A DNA stretch of 64,000 nt from Nitrospirales bacterium (GTDB lineage: Bacteria > Nitrospirota > Nitrospiria > Nitrospirales > UBA8639). The translations under genes and the position numbers were made by a program. The stretch is taken from contig CBDBCZ010000018.1 of assembly GCA_965203295.1 (NCBI GenBank), positions 1-64,000 on the forward strand, in the 5' to 3' direction. The notes below the pieces were generated by a model, which saw nothing but the letters and a program-made list of their open reading frames with translations, searched no databases and was not told the DNA's origin. This document shows positions 1-12,410 of this stretch, in pieces; position 1 is the stretch's first letter; each line of letters starts with the position of its first letter.

Positions 1-9
1 GAAGAAGGC

Positions 10-3000
10 TTGGTGAAAAGACCTGGAGCGGGATCTAAGAGTGACTCCGAGACCTCTTCAGAGGAAGACGTGCCGCGCAAAAAGAGGCGCGTTCGGTCGA
101 AGGGGAAAGGTCCTAGCCCAAACCTTGAAGATGCCGTCTATGATATCAAAGCGCTCTTGCAGGCGGTAGCCAAAAAAGTTGATCGCAACAAAAGATGCCT
201 AAAGGAGCTACAGGAGTCCAGGTTAAGTATGTGTCAATCGGAAATCGGGATAATTTTTACCGTAGATACTTCCGTACGGAAGTAGCTATGTTTATTATCA
301 ATAATTCTGTGCGAATTCACTTACCTGGGACACTAATAAAGCATATTATAAGAAACTGCAGAGGTTTGCAGGTTGGTTGTCCGGCATGTAGGTATACGAT
401 AGCCTTTGATTCTGACAGCTTAACCTAATTATTAAGTACTTGAGAGCAACGCCTATTTGCAAACCTTTGTACAGGCAAAACAGAAGCCTTAAGCATGTAG
501 AGCCTGTCTCCTTTCAGGCCTACTAGGTCTTGGGTAGACGCGATCTTACGCTTTTGCGTGTAGTCAGGAAGGCCTAGCTTGCTCAATAAGGCCAGGCAAA
601 CTACAGGTATAGTTTCGCATCAGCCACTTCCTCAATTTATGTGCGGGCGGGCGGTATGTATACAAACGCGTTACGTTACAGCGCACTTCGTCAACGAGCA
701 TGGTAGCTGCTTTTGATTTAGCGATGCTGTCATTTTCCAGAGCTGGGCAAAGAGATTCCTGACTGCACGAACAAACTGTCCAAGGAATGGCTAAGGCGCC
801 ATCCACTACAACGGTAAGGCAAGTTTAAATAGCAAACACTTTCACTTTGCACCTTTTTTCAGCTAGCTAGCCATGATGTAGATCACGTTATAAATTGTCC
901 GGCTCAAAAACTAGTTTGAGGCGGGGCATTTCGAGGTGAGGCAGGCGCTGATGCGAAACTATATATGTAGTTTGCATGGCTAAAGAACGACACCTTAGCT
1001 TTATTCCGAAAATTACACATGTATGCTGGCATATTAGACGCATCTCTATCCACAGGTCTTCTAGTGAAATGAGCTCAAGTCCTGAATCTGTGCCAAAAAG
1101 AGCAATTCCAGCTAGAGTTCGTGTAAGTTCCATTAGAAAACCCTTGTGCATTTACCACAAAGTATAAATTATTCGTTTGCAATGTTTCATTTAGGAGGTA
1201 GGGGCATTCACCCCCTCCCCATGCTACATGTAGTAGCTATTTTACCAAAACAACTTGTGGTTAACTTAAGCATACCAATGCAGCTCAACACAACCAAAAT
1301 AATGAACTGATCAAGCTACTCTTCTACAATATTTGAATGTGCCAGAATTAATCTCAGCTAGAGAATCTGAAAATTTTCTTAGGGAGCATGCCCCATACCC
1401 CGGCCCCTACCTAGATGTCACCCCTCTAACTATTTAATCGGAGGAGGTATGTCAAAGCTCAAATTACTCATAACATAATGCTCTATTCTTCAAATAGCTA
1501 TTGCACATGCGTACCACGGTTGGCAGCTGAAACCTGGATTCTCATTAAATGACTACCTTTTGAGGCTGAGTGTTTTGTTGAAGACTGGGCTGAACTACAT
1601 GTACAAGTATGGTAGATGCCTTGAATGAAGTATTGCTTGCTAATTTTCTCTTGAAAAGGTAACACATGAACGCAGAGAACCTCATCCAGGAAAAATCACT
1701 GATATACTTGTTGGTCTTGTGACCATTTGACACATGGTAACAATTAACGTGCCTCCTCCTCTGCTTTTGAATATTCTTCCCCCACTTCACGTTTTTTCTA
1801 AATGAAACCTTGGTTTGCATAATATGGATATTCAGTTGATTATTGCATAGTTGTGTACAGGAATCCTGAAAATAGATAGTCAAATATTTTCTTTCCCCCA
1901 GCAAGAAATACGAAAAGTGTATGCTACTTTGCTTGATGAGGAAAACTTTCCCGGCTGGGAAATTAGTGAAGGGTAAGTTTTTACACTTCATTGTATGGAA
2001 TGAATATCAGGTATTCTAAATACATATTTTACTGATGATTGGCAGCCTTACAGAATCCTTGAATTAGGCACAGAAGTTAGTAAGGCCGTGAATGTGTTAC
2101 ATAATAATAGTTTTATTATACATGATTAAAGTACTCGTTAAAAATTAACACCAGGTGCTACAAAGCTTAACTACATGGTATTGTGCATATGATCAAATGT
2201 AATTAAATTCCTTTGGGCATTGAATATTAAGGAAACATTAGTTATGGAAAGTATTTCAGAATTAAGCAAGAGTTGCAGTTAGCTTGTAGCTTATATGTAT
2301 CTATACTTGTATTATGTAATTTGACATGTTACCACCTCCAGGAAAAGTATAAAGTCCGCTCAGAATCAGGAGATTATGAAGAAACTAGTGAAAGAAGCCA
2401 AGGGGTTAAACCCTTCATTTAATGCAGCAGACATTCGAGGTAAGTGTAAATACACAACATTAAAGGATGCGACACAAGATTGGCTTATTACTGATCAGCC
2501 TCCCCACTAGCCTCATACAGTGGATACCAGGTGCACTTTTCCCAATTTTAGTGCGCCTGGATACGAGGCTACCTCCCCACATTAGCGCTTGGCTCTGGGG
2601 TAGGAACAGCTGCTAACGTCATAACAGAGGCTAATTGCCTAATCGGTCATGGGTATACACCGCCTTAGGAGCTGCAGCTGGTTCTTGATGATCTAGAAAC
2701 TTTCAGTGGAGTACTAATTAGTGAAATATGCTGGTACATCACTTATAGATGCTGCATACCGCTTTTACAAAAGCAAGTGTGAAGAGGAGTCTGCAAAGCG
2801 GAGGGGAAAATTTGGCCCCAGAAAGACCTCCAAGAGACGCCATGAGAGGATTGTCAGGGTATGAAATAGCATCATTCTGTAATCTTGTAATACTTACTAT
2901 GATAGGTTACTCGTACCAACGTGAGAAGCATACTCTTTGTCACACAATGTACACTGGGCAGTCTTAGGCTCCTTTTTGTGACAGTATTTCCACACAACAG

Positions 3001-3778
3001 ATTTCTCACAATTAGAACTACATGTATGCTCAGTCTGAGAGCTAGCACTAAAACTCTTGAGGGCTAGCACTAAAACTGCGCTCACTTTGTGAACTAGCAT
3101 TAGAGCTAGCACTAAAACTGCACTCACTTTGTGAACTAGCATTAGAGCTAGCACTAGAACTACGCTCACTTTGTGAACTAGCATTAGAGCTAGCACTAGA
3201 ACTACGCTCACTCTGTAAACTAGCACTAGAACTTGGATTTTTTGGAAGCTGTCTTTGCTGCCATGTATTGTAGGTAAGTGTAATTAGTAGTAGTCTAGGG
3301 TTTTCCCCTTCGAATATTCAAATGAATGTTAAACATACAGTCACACAGTAGCCTCAAGGTCAGACAGGTTTCTGAACGGTGTAACTTTTTTTGCCCCCTC
3401 GTGCACTTTGGTTTGATTGTATGCAGTACACTAATCTATCCTTATTCTATTTTGCAGAAGAAAAAAGAGCGTGAATCAGCCATTCTAAAGAGCCAGAAAC
3501 TTACAGAAGAGCAGAAGAAAAAGTGGCTTTCCGTGACTAGTCAAGTGATGATATCCTCTGAAGAAAGCGGGGAGGATGACTCAATCATAGTGCACCCACT
3601 TCCATGGCGGTCAGCCTATGTAGGCCGGATGTTCGAAAAGATTGATTCATTTGTTCGTTCAAGGAAGTCACCCCAAGCCATCCGCCAAATGAAGTCGAGG
3701 AAGACAGGGAGCGCATCAAGTCGTCCTTGTCCAGCTGATATACCGTCATGGGCTCTGAGTGCTTCAGAATCTACTTAA
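10..3778 (+). CDS. Spliced transposon accessory (ORF2-like) protein of unknown function, 5' partial
   Basis: GT-AG exons at about <10-221, 2342-2439, 2749-2858 and 3458-3778. The last three join in frame (...NAADIR|DAAYRFYKSK...HERIVR|KKKERES...ISSEESGEDD..HPLPWRS...SSRPCPADIPSWA). Further exons between 222 and 2341 are possible. Confidence 0.5.
2508..2571. mobile_element. 64-bp MITE with TAGCCTC...GAGGCTA termini and 9-bp TSD (Academ/AcademH-like non-autonomous element)
   Basis: CCTCCCCAC is duplicated exactly at 2499-2507 and 2572-2580. Internal inverted arms ccaggtgcact / agtgcgcctgg. Confidence 0.75.
2897..3010 (-). pseudogene. BED zinc-finger remnant (hAT-type transposase N-terminus) in an intron
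   Basis: KSVVWKY...AQCTLCDKEY...GTSNL matches the BED finger signature; stop follows immediately. Confidence 0.6.
3040..3232. repeat. 42-bp minisatellite, ~4.5 copies
   Basis: gctagcactaRaactRcgctcactttgtgaactagcattaga repeated. Confidence 0.9.
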
Positions 3779-4129
3779 AACTGAAAGGTATCAACCACAA
3801 CTGCTGTTAAAACATTTATCATCATTATTGCCACTGCCTCTCATCGTGATTATTTATCAGTCGGTTTGACATATTGTAGCACTTGACTATTGCCACTGCC
3901 TCTCATCATGATCACTTTCAATCCGTTTCCCATCATTTATTGTATCACATGACTGTCACCACTGCTTCCAATCAACCCGTCACCTTCAACTAGTTTCACA
4001 TGTTGATCACATGTACTTGATTGTCAGGATGAAAATGGATAAATAATAATGAAGTGAATGTGGTGTGTTAGAAACAGCACTTTGGCTGAAATGTGACATG
4101 TAAGGAGTTGTAACATGGTATTTCATGTA

Positions 4130-4670
4130 CAGGATCTGAGTTGCAATATGATATTTAAAACCATGAAACCCTATTGTAAATGTGCCATGGCAGGAACTGG
4201 AATTTGATGATTTGCAACCCAGAAACCCTATATTAAATGTGGCATTTTATGAGCAGGAATTTGGTATTTTATTACCCAGAAACCCTATCTTAAATGTGGC
4301 ATTTTATGAGCAAGAATTTGGTATTTTATTACCCAGAAACCCTATCTTAAATGTGGCATGTTATGAGCAGGAATTTGGTATTTTATTACCCAGAAACCCT
4401 ATCTTAAATGTGGCATGTTATGAGCAGGAATTTGGTATTTTATTACCCAGAAACCCTATCTTAAATGTGGCATGTTATGAGCAGGAATTTGGTATTTTAT
4501 TACCCAGAAACCCTATCTTAAATGTGGCATGTTAGGAACAGGAATTTGGTATTTTATTACCCAGAAATGTGGCATGTCAGGAAACAAAATTTGGTATTTC
4601 CATGGCAGGAAACCCTACCTTAAATGTGACATGTCAGGAGCTGGAATGTGGCATTTCAACTGCAGGAAAT
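4130..4670. repeat. 57-bp tandem array, subterminal to the CACTA end
   Basis: gcaggaatttggtattttattacccagaaaccctatcttaaatgtggcatgttatga, about 6 well-conserved copies with degenerate flanks. Confidence 0.9.
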
Positions 4671-5737
4671 TGTGCCCTATCCTATACCACCCTGTACCAG
4701 GAAAGGTACCCGAAATCCGCAAATTTCTGGTACTCTGACACTTAAGGGACACATGCAATTTCAGATGCCTTTCAAGTACTAATCCTTTAGAAGTAAATTC
4801 GATTTTTTTGGTAGTGTTCCTGGGTAGTGAGACCGAATTTTTAACGCCTGGAACCCGAGACTAAGTATACGAGCTCAGTAAGCTTTTAGGTTTTTGTAGG
4901 TCTGTTGATACAGCAGATAGCATTCTAAAGTAAGAAATACTTCATTACTAACTAGACAGAAGCTATAGAGATGGATAAAGTGAGGAGAGTCGAGATGGGT
5001 GTGTGTGTCGGGAGGGGGGAATGTCGGAATCAGATGCTAGGTAGAGGGAAGTGATTCACTGCTCTGCTCCCGCCAGGTGTTTGTGTCTCATCTGAAAGCA
5101 GTCAGTGGAAGAGTCTCCACTATAAACAACCAGATGTCACAGTTTTTGACAAATCCGTGACGTTATGGTGTCTGTGGTGGTGGGACGGAAATGGTCGGGC
5201 TGACGGGAGGGAATGAATACGCTTATATGGAAGCAAGGATGACCACCAGGTAGGCATAGTGGGGGTGCTGTGGAGGGAAAAGGGTTTTCCATAGATTGTT
5301 TATAAGGGGATAGAGAGCCTGGTATGTGCAGAGATGCTCTGAGTGAATGTTGGAGAGTCCAGCTGTATTGGGGCAAGAGTTTCATTATATCTCTCCTCTT
5401 GTTGTAGGCTCACAGCAGTTCACCACTGCCCTCCCCACCTCCAACATGGTTTCCTGCAAGTCATCCTCATTCTCTTCCATCATAACAGCATCCAGAACTG
5501 AAGATACAGATGTGCAGGGGCTCTTTTTAGCTTTCATTTTTAGCTGTTGTGCAGTATATGAGTGTTGCTGTTATCAACAATTTCAGAGTTACTATCCTGA
5601 ATCCATAACAATGCTTACCATAATTCTATTCATAGTATTACGTACCTCAGGAAGTGTAGTAAAGACCTACAAGTGTCCGCTCGCTCTTAGCTCCTCCCGC
5701 TTCCAGTACAGCACAGTAAAGGTAATACCGCTGACAA

Positions 5738-5818
5738 TGACGCATATATGCGTCTATCGCGGTTAACGCAATTTTACATGTGATGCATATATGCGTCTAT
5801 CGCGTATAATCGGTTAAC
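5738..5818. mobile_element. Probable terminal fragment of a piggyBac-type MITE
   Basis: Two copies of the palindrome GAYGCATATATGCGTC ending in CGGTTAA, the same layout as the right end of the 31324-31979 MITE. The other end was not found. Confidence 0.35.
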
Positions 5819-8404
5819 ATGACCTTACCCTGCCACTTACCCCAACTTTACTTTAGAGGGACAGTCGTATTTCTCAAAAGTGCCATTTTCAAAGGACTCT
5901 CTAGCAAAAACCGTAAGGCATAACGAAACGAAACCTTTTCCATCTGAAAGAGCATGCTTTTCTTCACCTTACCCCACTAAACCCCATTCTTACCCCGCCT
6001 TCCTCTTCGATACCCCACCTTTACCCCAATCTCAGGGACAGTGTCCCTCAAATTTTTTTCCGACCGACCGCCGCGATAACTTGGGAATATGTTAATTTGA
6101 TAGTGCTGATTCCGAATATCTAATTAGTTTTTTTATTCGTCGCTTCGTTTTCCTTATAGAGCCCTTTTAATCTTCAGGGACACATTTTCTGGGTCCGAAA
6201 CGCTGCCACTCTACCGCAATCCAATTAGTCCACGCGTACAGCTTACCTAACCCCTACTCAACCCCACTATTTGTTTGCCTAACTCTACTTTCCCTTGCAA
6301 TACCCTGAAGTGTCCCTCTGATGTCCCTAATCCATCTATAACCACAGGGTTAGGGTTTTAGCGGCTAGAAGTGACCTGTCAGGTCAATTTCAGTGGCAAC
6401 TACATCATCCTAACGTTCAATCTCCTTGGAGACCTTCGTCTGCAGCTTTACAGCCCCGGAAACTTTCCAGTGTCCCTCTAGTGTCCCTGTAGTGTCCCTA
6501 AAGTGTCCCTCTGTTGTTCCTTTGCCGCTATGAAGCTTACAGAGGGGATTTTTGCCGCTTTTTTAATACATACGGGTTAATTGGATTTGTATAACAGTCA
6601 TCGTATGTTCGAACCTCTTTTCCAACCTTTCCCTATCGTTTTACAAGCACAGAATCCATCAGGTGTCCCTCTAGTGTCCCTGAGGTGTCCCTCTGGTGTC
6701 CTTCGTCCAACTATAACGCTAGGGTTAGGGTTTTGGCAGTGAAAAATGTGCCATTCAGGCTAATTGGGTTAGTGCGAAGGTCATCCCATGGTTTATTCTC
6801 TTTGCTGACCTTTCCCTGTCGCTTCACAAGCACAGAATCCCTCAGGTGTCCCTCTAGTGTCCCTGAGGTGTCCCTCTGGTGTCCTTCGTCCTACTATAAA
6901 GCTAGGGGTTAGGGTTCAAGCAGTAAATAATGTGCCAGGCAGGTTAATTAGGTTAGTGCAAAGGTCATCCCGTGGTTTATTTTCTTTGCCGACCTTTCCC
7001 TGTCGCTTTCCATGCTGAGAATCCCTCAGGTGTCCCTCTTGTGTCCCTGAGGTGTCCCTCTGGTGTCCTTCGTCCTACTATAACGCTAGGGTTAGGGTTT
7101 GGGCAGTAACTAATCCACCAGGCAGGTTAATTAGGATAGTGCAGAGGTCATCCCACGATTTATTTTGTTTGCCGACCTTTACCTGTCACTTTGCATGCTG
7201 AGAAACCCTCAGGTGTCCCTCTAGTGTCCCTGAAGTGTCCCTCTGGTGTCCTTTGTCCTACTATAACGTTAGGGTTAGGGTTTTGGCAGTGAAAAATGTG
7301 CCATTCAGGCTAATTGGGTTAGTGCGAAGGTCATACCGTGGTTTATTCTCTTTGCCGACCTTTCCCTGTCGCTTCACAAGCGCAGAATCCCTCAGGTGTC
7401 CTCTAGTGTCCCTGAGGTGTCCCTCTGGGGTCCTTCGTCCTACTATAACACTAGGGTTAGGGTTCGGGCTGTAAATAATGTACCAGGCAGGTTAATTAGG
7501 TTAGTGCAAAGGTCATCCCGTGGTTTATTTTCGTTGCCGACCTTTCCCTGTCGCTTTCCATGCTGAGAATCCCTCTGGTGTCCCTCTAGTGTCCCTGAGA
7601 TGTCCCTCTGGTGTCCTTTGTTCTACTATAACACTGGGGTTAGGGTTTGGGCAGTGAAAAATGTGCCATTCAGGCTAATTGGGTTAGGGTGAAGGTCATC
7701 CCGTGGTTTATTTTCTTTGCTGACCTTTCCCTGTCGTTTTACAAGCACAGAATCCCTTTCGTGGTCCTCTAGTGTCCCTGAAGCGTCCCTCTGGTGTCCT
7801 TCATCCTGCTATAAAGCTAGGGTTAGGGTTCCGGCAGTAAATAATGTACCAGGCAGGTTAAATGGGTTAGTGCGAAGGTCATCCCATGGTTTATTCTCTG
7901 CCAACCATTCCCTGTTGTTTCACAAGCACAGAATCCCTCAGGTGTCCCTCTAGTGTCCCTGAGGTGTCCCTCCGGTGTCCTTTGTCCTACTATAACGCTA
8001 GGGTTAGGGTATGGGCAGTAAATAATGTACCAGGCAGGTTAATTAGGTTCGTACAAAGGTCATCCTATGGTTTATTCACTTTGCCGAACTTTCCCTATCG
8101 TTTTGCATGCTGAGAATTCCTCAGGTGTCCCTCTAGTGTCCCTGAGGAGTCCCTCTGGTGTCCTTCGTTCTTCTTTAATGCTAGGGTTAGGTTTGAACAG
8201 TAAAAATGTACCAATCAGGTTAATTGGATAAGTGTAAAGGTTATCCTAGGGTGTAATCTCTTTTCCCACCATTCCCTATCATTCTACATGCACGGAATCC
8301 CTCGTGTCCCTCTAGTGTCCCTGAGGTGTCCCTGAGGTGTCCCTCTTCCTTCTACAACATCAGGGTTAGCGTTTTGGCAGTAAATAATGCACCAGTCACG
8401 TTAA

Positions 8405-11400
8405 CCCTTTAGGGCCCATAGCGCCAAAAGTCGCGCGTAATGTTAGTTTATTACGTGACAATAGCGACAATAGTCGCGCAATACGAGTACCTGCCTCTCA
8501 CCGTCTCTACTTCGAGCGATGTCTTCTCTTTCCAAAGTACCTACTACATTTGAATATGTGCTACAAACTTACTTTACAATAAGCGGTAAATTTAAGCCAA
8601 TCGGTATTATACGGCATGAATATAACCAGGAACTTCCCCCTCAAAAATCGCAGAACTGTCAATCACCGCAACGTCTGCTTGCGTGGGCAATACATCCGGA
8701 TCAAGCTACGTACGTCTGCCTACGCAACTAGATGGCTTTCATATCTCCGAGGAGCGTCATTAGGTACTTCAGTGCGGAGGAAGGTGCTCTCTCTGAGCTC
8801 TGCTTTGATGGCAGTGAAGATGAGCTGAGCATGGAAGGAGAGGAGCCATACGATCCACTGGATCCGTCTGATGATGAAGGTAAAGTGTAATGCATTTACT
8901 TTAGTACAAATCAAAAGTGATCCATACATTACAAAAAAAAATTCAGGACCCCCGCCAGCAGGAGGCTCTTCCGGGAGATGTGTCATACCTGAACAAACAG
9001 GAGGTAAAAAAACACGTCAATATTTATATCCTACAAAACTATTATACATACGTACATAATAATTTTCTGACAGAGAATGAAGAGGAAGCGGAAGAGAGGG
9101 AAGAGATAGCAATGGAGGAGTCTGACCTCACAGGAGAGAGAGCTGAAGGAAGGAGTAACAGTGGAGGCCATGGAAGAGGGGGGCGAGAGGTGCTAGAGGT
9201 GGGAGGAGGACCGGACGCGGTAGAAGTAGAGCAAGAGATAGTAGCAGAGGTGGTGGAGCAGGGAGGGGGAGTGGACGAGGGGGACGGAGAGGGAGGGGAA
9301 GAGGAAGGGCACCTACTTTGAGAGGACAACCTATTCTAACAGAACAGGACAGAGACGAAGGTACAGGATGACTATAGTGCAAGAGGTTCACTACTCTATG
9401 TAACATGAAATTATATGTACTTAGGCTGGACCATGGATGTTTCCCCTGTCACTGTGGCTCCCTTCACTGGTGAAACGGGACCAGCTGTTTCGATATCGAG
9501 TGACCCTAGAGAGCTGTTTTCTTTGTTCCTCGATGACACAGTAGTTGGCTTGATTGTCACGGAGACCAATCGCTATGCTGAGCAATGCTTAGCGGAATCA
9601 GCCAGGGTGTGGTCCACGAATGCCGAGGAGATCAGGGCCTATATAGGATTTAATATCCTGATGGGTATCTGCCGCCTGCCGGAGATACGAGACTACTGGG
9701 CCAAAGACGAGAAGCTACACTACGCTCCGATAGCTTCCAGAATCTCCCGCAGCAGATTTGAAGAGATTTCTCGCTATCTCCATTTTACGAACAACAGCTG
9801 CCTACCATCACGGGGAGAGCCTGGATATCACCGGCTGCAGAAGATACAGCCAATCATCACTGCCATGAAGGAGCACTGCAGTTCCTTGTATTGCCCGCAT
9901 GCCCAGAACAGCATAGATGAGGCTATGATCCCTTTCAAAGGTACATGAAATATAGAGCATAGCTTTGTTTCTACCTACCTTACTGTAGCTTTGAAGCTAG
10001 GCCTTTCACCCACCGGTATTTTCACGCAGACATGGGAAAAAAAACATTTGTGAGTGGGGGGCCTGGGGTACATGTATGTACGGCATACATAAACAATCTA
10101 CATTCTAATTATTACTCACCAATCCGCAGGTCGATCCTCCATGAAACAGTACGTGCCTCTGAAACCCACCAAGTGCGGCTTCAAGGTGTGGGTGCGAGCT
10201 GATGCTGTGACGGGCTTCTTCTGTGACTTCAACGTCTATGTTGGAAGGCAGGAGTCATCAGATGGAGACTCGAGAGAAGTTGGCTTGGGAGAGCGGGTAG
10301 TTCACGAGCTATGCACGCCACTGCACGGAGGAAACTATCAGGTCTTCTGTGATAACTTCTTTACCACCTGCTCTCTGTTCGAGGGTCTCCTGAAGCAGAA
10401 GATTTATGCTTGCGGCACAGCCAGGATGGATCGCCGTGGATTTCCGGAGACACTAAAGGGTGTTGTTTTGCCGGAACGGGGACAGCATGTGTCGTGCCAG
10501 CGTGGTAATCTTGTAGCCACGATATGGCAGGACAAGAAGGCTGTGAAGGTGCTCTCCACCATGAGTGATCCAGTCCAGAGCAAATCTGTGGAGAGGAGGC
10601 AGAAAGACGGAAGTAAACTTGTAGTGCCATGCCCGGATGCAGTAGTCCAGTACAATAAGTTTATGGGCGGAGTGGACAAGGGCGACCAGCTGCGACATTA
10701 TTACTGCTTCCGGCTAAAGTGTGTGAAGAACTATAAGTACATCTTCTGGTTCTTGTTAGATGTCGCGATCACCAATGCACACATACTATCACGCTTTAGT
10801 CCGACCACTACAAACTTGAAGCCACTCAAAACCTTTCGCCTGCATCTCGCTGAGCAACTAATTGGCAACTATCACAGCCGCAAGCGAGTAGGTCGCCCAG
10901 GCCTGGCTAGGAATCTACCCCATCCACCTCCACCACTACCATCCCCAGACGACAATGGGCCCCCTGCTCCACAGCGTTCCTGCACCAGCACCAGTCTCCA
11001 CCTCCCGTCTCACCGGGAAAAGAAGCGGTGTGTCTACTGCAGGGATTACCGCACCCCCAGCAGAAGACGGGAGACGGTGTGGTATTGTAAGGACTGTGAA
11101 AGCAGACCTGCACTTTGCCTAACAGGGCAGGAAGACGGCTCAGACTGCTTTCGTTTGTGGCATACCATGTAACCTTTACTTTGTTTTTGTACTTTGTCTG
11201 TATACTTTACATGTTTCTTGTCTGTCTGTATACTTTGCTCTATCCGCTATCTTGTGCTGCTGCACAAAACTGACTTCATCAATTTATTATCAACCCCCCT
11301 TAGTTGCTTTACTTGCTAACCTTGCTTCTTTCCTTGGCTTTCACCGCGTGTGGCTTTCTTTTCGGCTTTCTCAATCCTAGGACTCGAACGTCTCCATGTC

Positions 11401-11643
11401 TTCGGCTGTTATGAGCCGTCTCCTTGCCGTCTCCTTCCCGCGCGATCGTCACGGAACCGATAATAGTTCACTATCACCATCTCTGGCAACATAATAACAA
11501 GTCGAAGTAGTGCTATCACGGCTCGTGCTGCCACAAGTCGCGCAAAGTAGCCGGAGCATCTCTAGCGCTTACAGAAGGCCAACCGCGTGGTTTAATTCAG
11601 TCACGCGTGAGATTCACGTGAAATGATTACGGGCCCTAAAGAG
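8405..11643 (+). mobile_element. piggyBac transposon 1 inserted in the satellite
   Basis: TTAA at 8401-8404 and 11644-11647. TIRs CCCTTTAGGGCCC / GGGCCCTAAAGAG. Confidence 0.95.
8732..11172 (+). CDS. piggyBac (PGBD4-like) DDD transposase, about 5 exons, apparent frameshift in the G-run near 9180
   Basis: SIDEAMIPFKG|RSSMKQY (spliced 9940/10130), DNFFT, MGGVDKGDQ and a C-terminal Cys-rich domain (RCVYC...YCKDC...LC...CFRLWH). Acidic and RG-rich N-terminal exons. Confidence 0.88.
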
Positions 11644-12410
11644 TTAATTGGATTAGTGTGAAGCATCCTACAGTCCAATCTCTTTGCCCACCTTTCCGTA
11701 TCATTTTGCAAGCACAGAATCCCTCAGGTGTCCCTCCATTGTTCCTCTTCCTTCTACAACATCAGGGTTACGGTTTTGGCAGTAAAACATGTACCAGTCA
11801 GGTTAATTGGATTAGTGTGAAGGTCATCCTACTGTCTAATCTCTTTGCCCACCTTTCCCTATCGTTTTGCATGCACAGAACCCCTCAGGTGTCCCTGTAC
11901 TGTCCCTGAGGTGTCCCTCCAGTGTCCCTCTTCCTTCTACAACGTCAGGGTTACGGTTTTGGCAGTAAAAAATGTACCAGTCAGGTTAATTGGATTAGTA
12001 TGATGGTCATCCTATGATCAAATCTATTTGCCCACCTTTCCCTATCATTTTGCATGCATGGAATCCTACAGGTGTCCCTCTAGTGTCCCTCTGGCATTTC
12101 ATGTCTATAAACCACCTTAGGGTAATATTTTTGGCAGTAAAAGTGTGCTGTTCAGGTTGACTGGATTCAGAGGAGGACGGCCAAGGTTGACCTTTGCTAA
12201 TCAGGTCTCATTAAAATCACGTGTAGCCAGATAGTCGGGATTACGTAATGCATGTAAAGTACAGTACTTTCCATAGACAGTGTTTCATCAGTTTTCGCCA
12301 TCGAGCCCCGACTCGATCGTCCGGAGTATGTACTCGCAGGGAGGCGTAGGCATCCATCGTCGCTATTAAAGGTCGAGCCCTTCAAAATTGCGAGGCCTTC
12401 GGCTGCAGTC

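Larger units (their letters stand above)
1..4816 (+). mobile_element. Right part of a CACTA/EnSpm (CMC)-type DNA transposon; left end outside the window
   Basis: Ends in ...TTTTTTTGGTAGTG (4803-4816), whose reverse complement CACTACCAAAAAAA is the classic CACTA terminus. Preceded by a subterminal tandem array and a spliced accessory-type gene. TSD cannot be checked. Confidence 0.6.
6290..12167. repeat. ~183-bp satellite with four 11-bp-spaced GTGTCC(C) motifs and a TAGGGTTAGGGTT telomere-like motif
   Basis: Units start at about 6661, 6844, 7028, 7211, 7394, 7576, 7760, 7941, 8124 and 8305. The array resumes in register at 11648 after the piggyBac and at 18157 after the P-like element. Confidence 0.92.

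Noticed and set aside
4182..4535. 117-aa repeat ORF (QEFGILLPRNPILNVACYE)n
   Set aside because: Chance open frame of a 57-bp subterminal minisatellite.
4870..5730. ORFs 5137-5385 and 5347-5766, and ORF 1545-1991
   Set aside because: No recognisable motifs; composition looks non-coding or like a decayed repeat.
6290..8400. Regular arrays as CRISPR, and the short ORFs in them (also 53166-55716)
   Set aside because: Whole monomers repeat with no unique spacers, there are no cas genes, and the context is eukaryotic. The ORFs are translations of satellite DNA.
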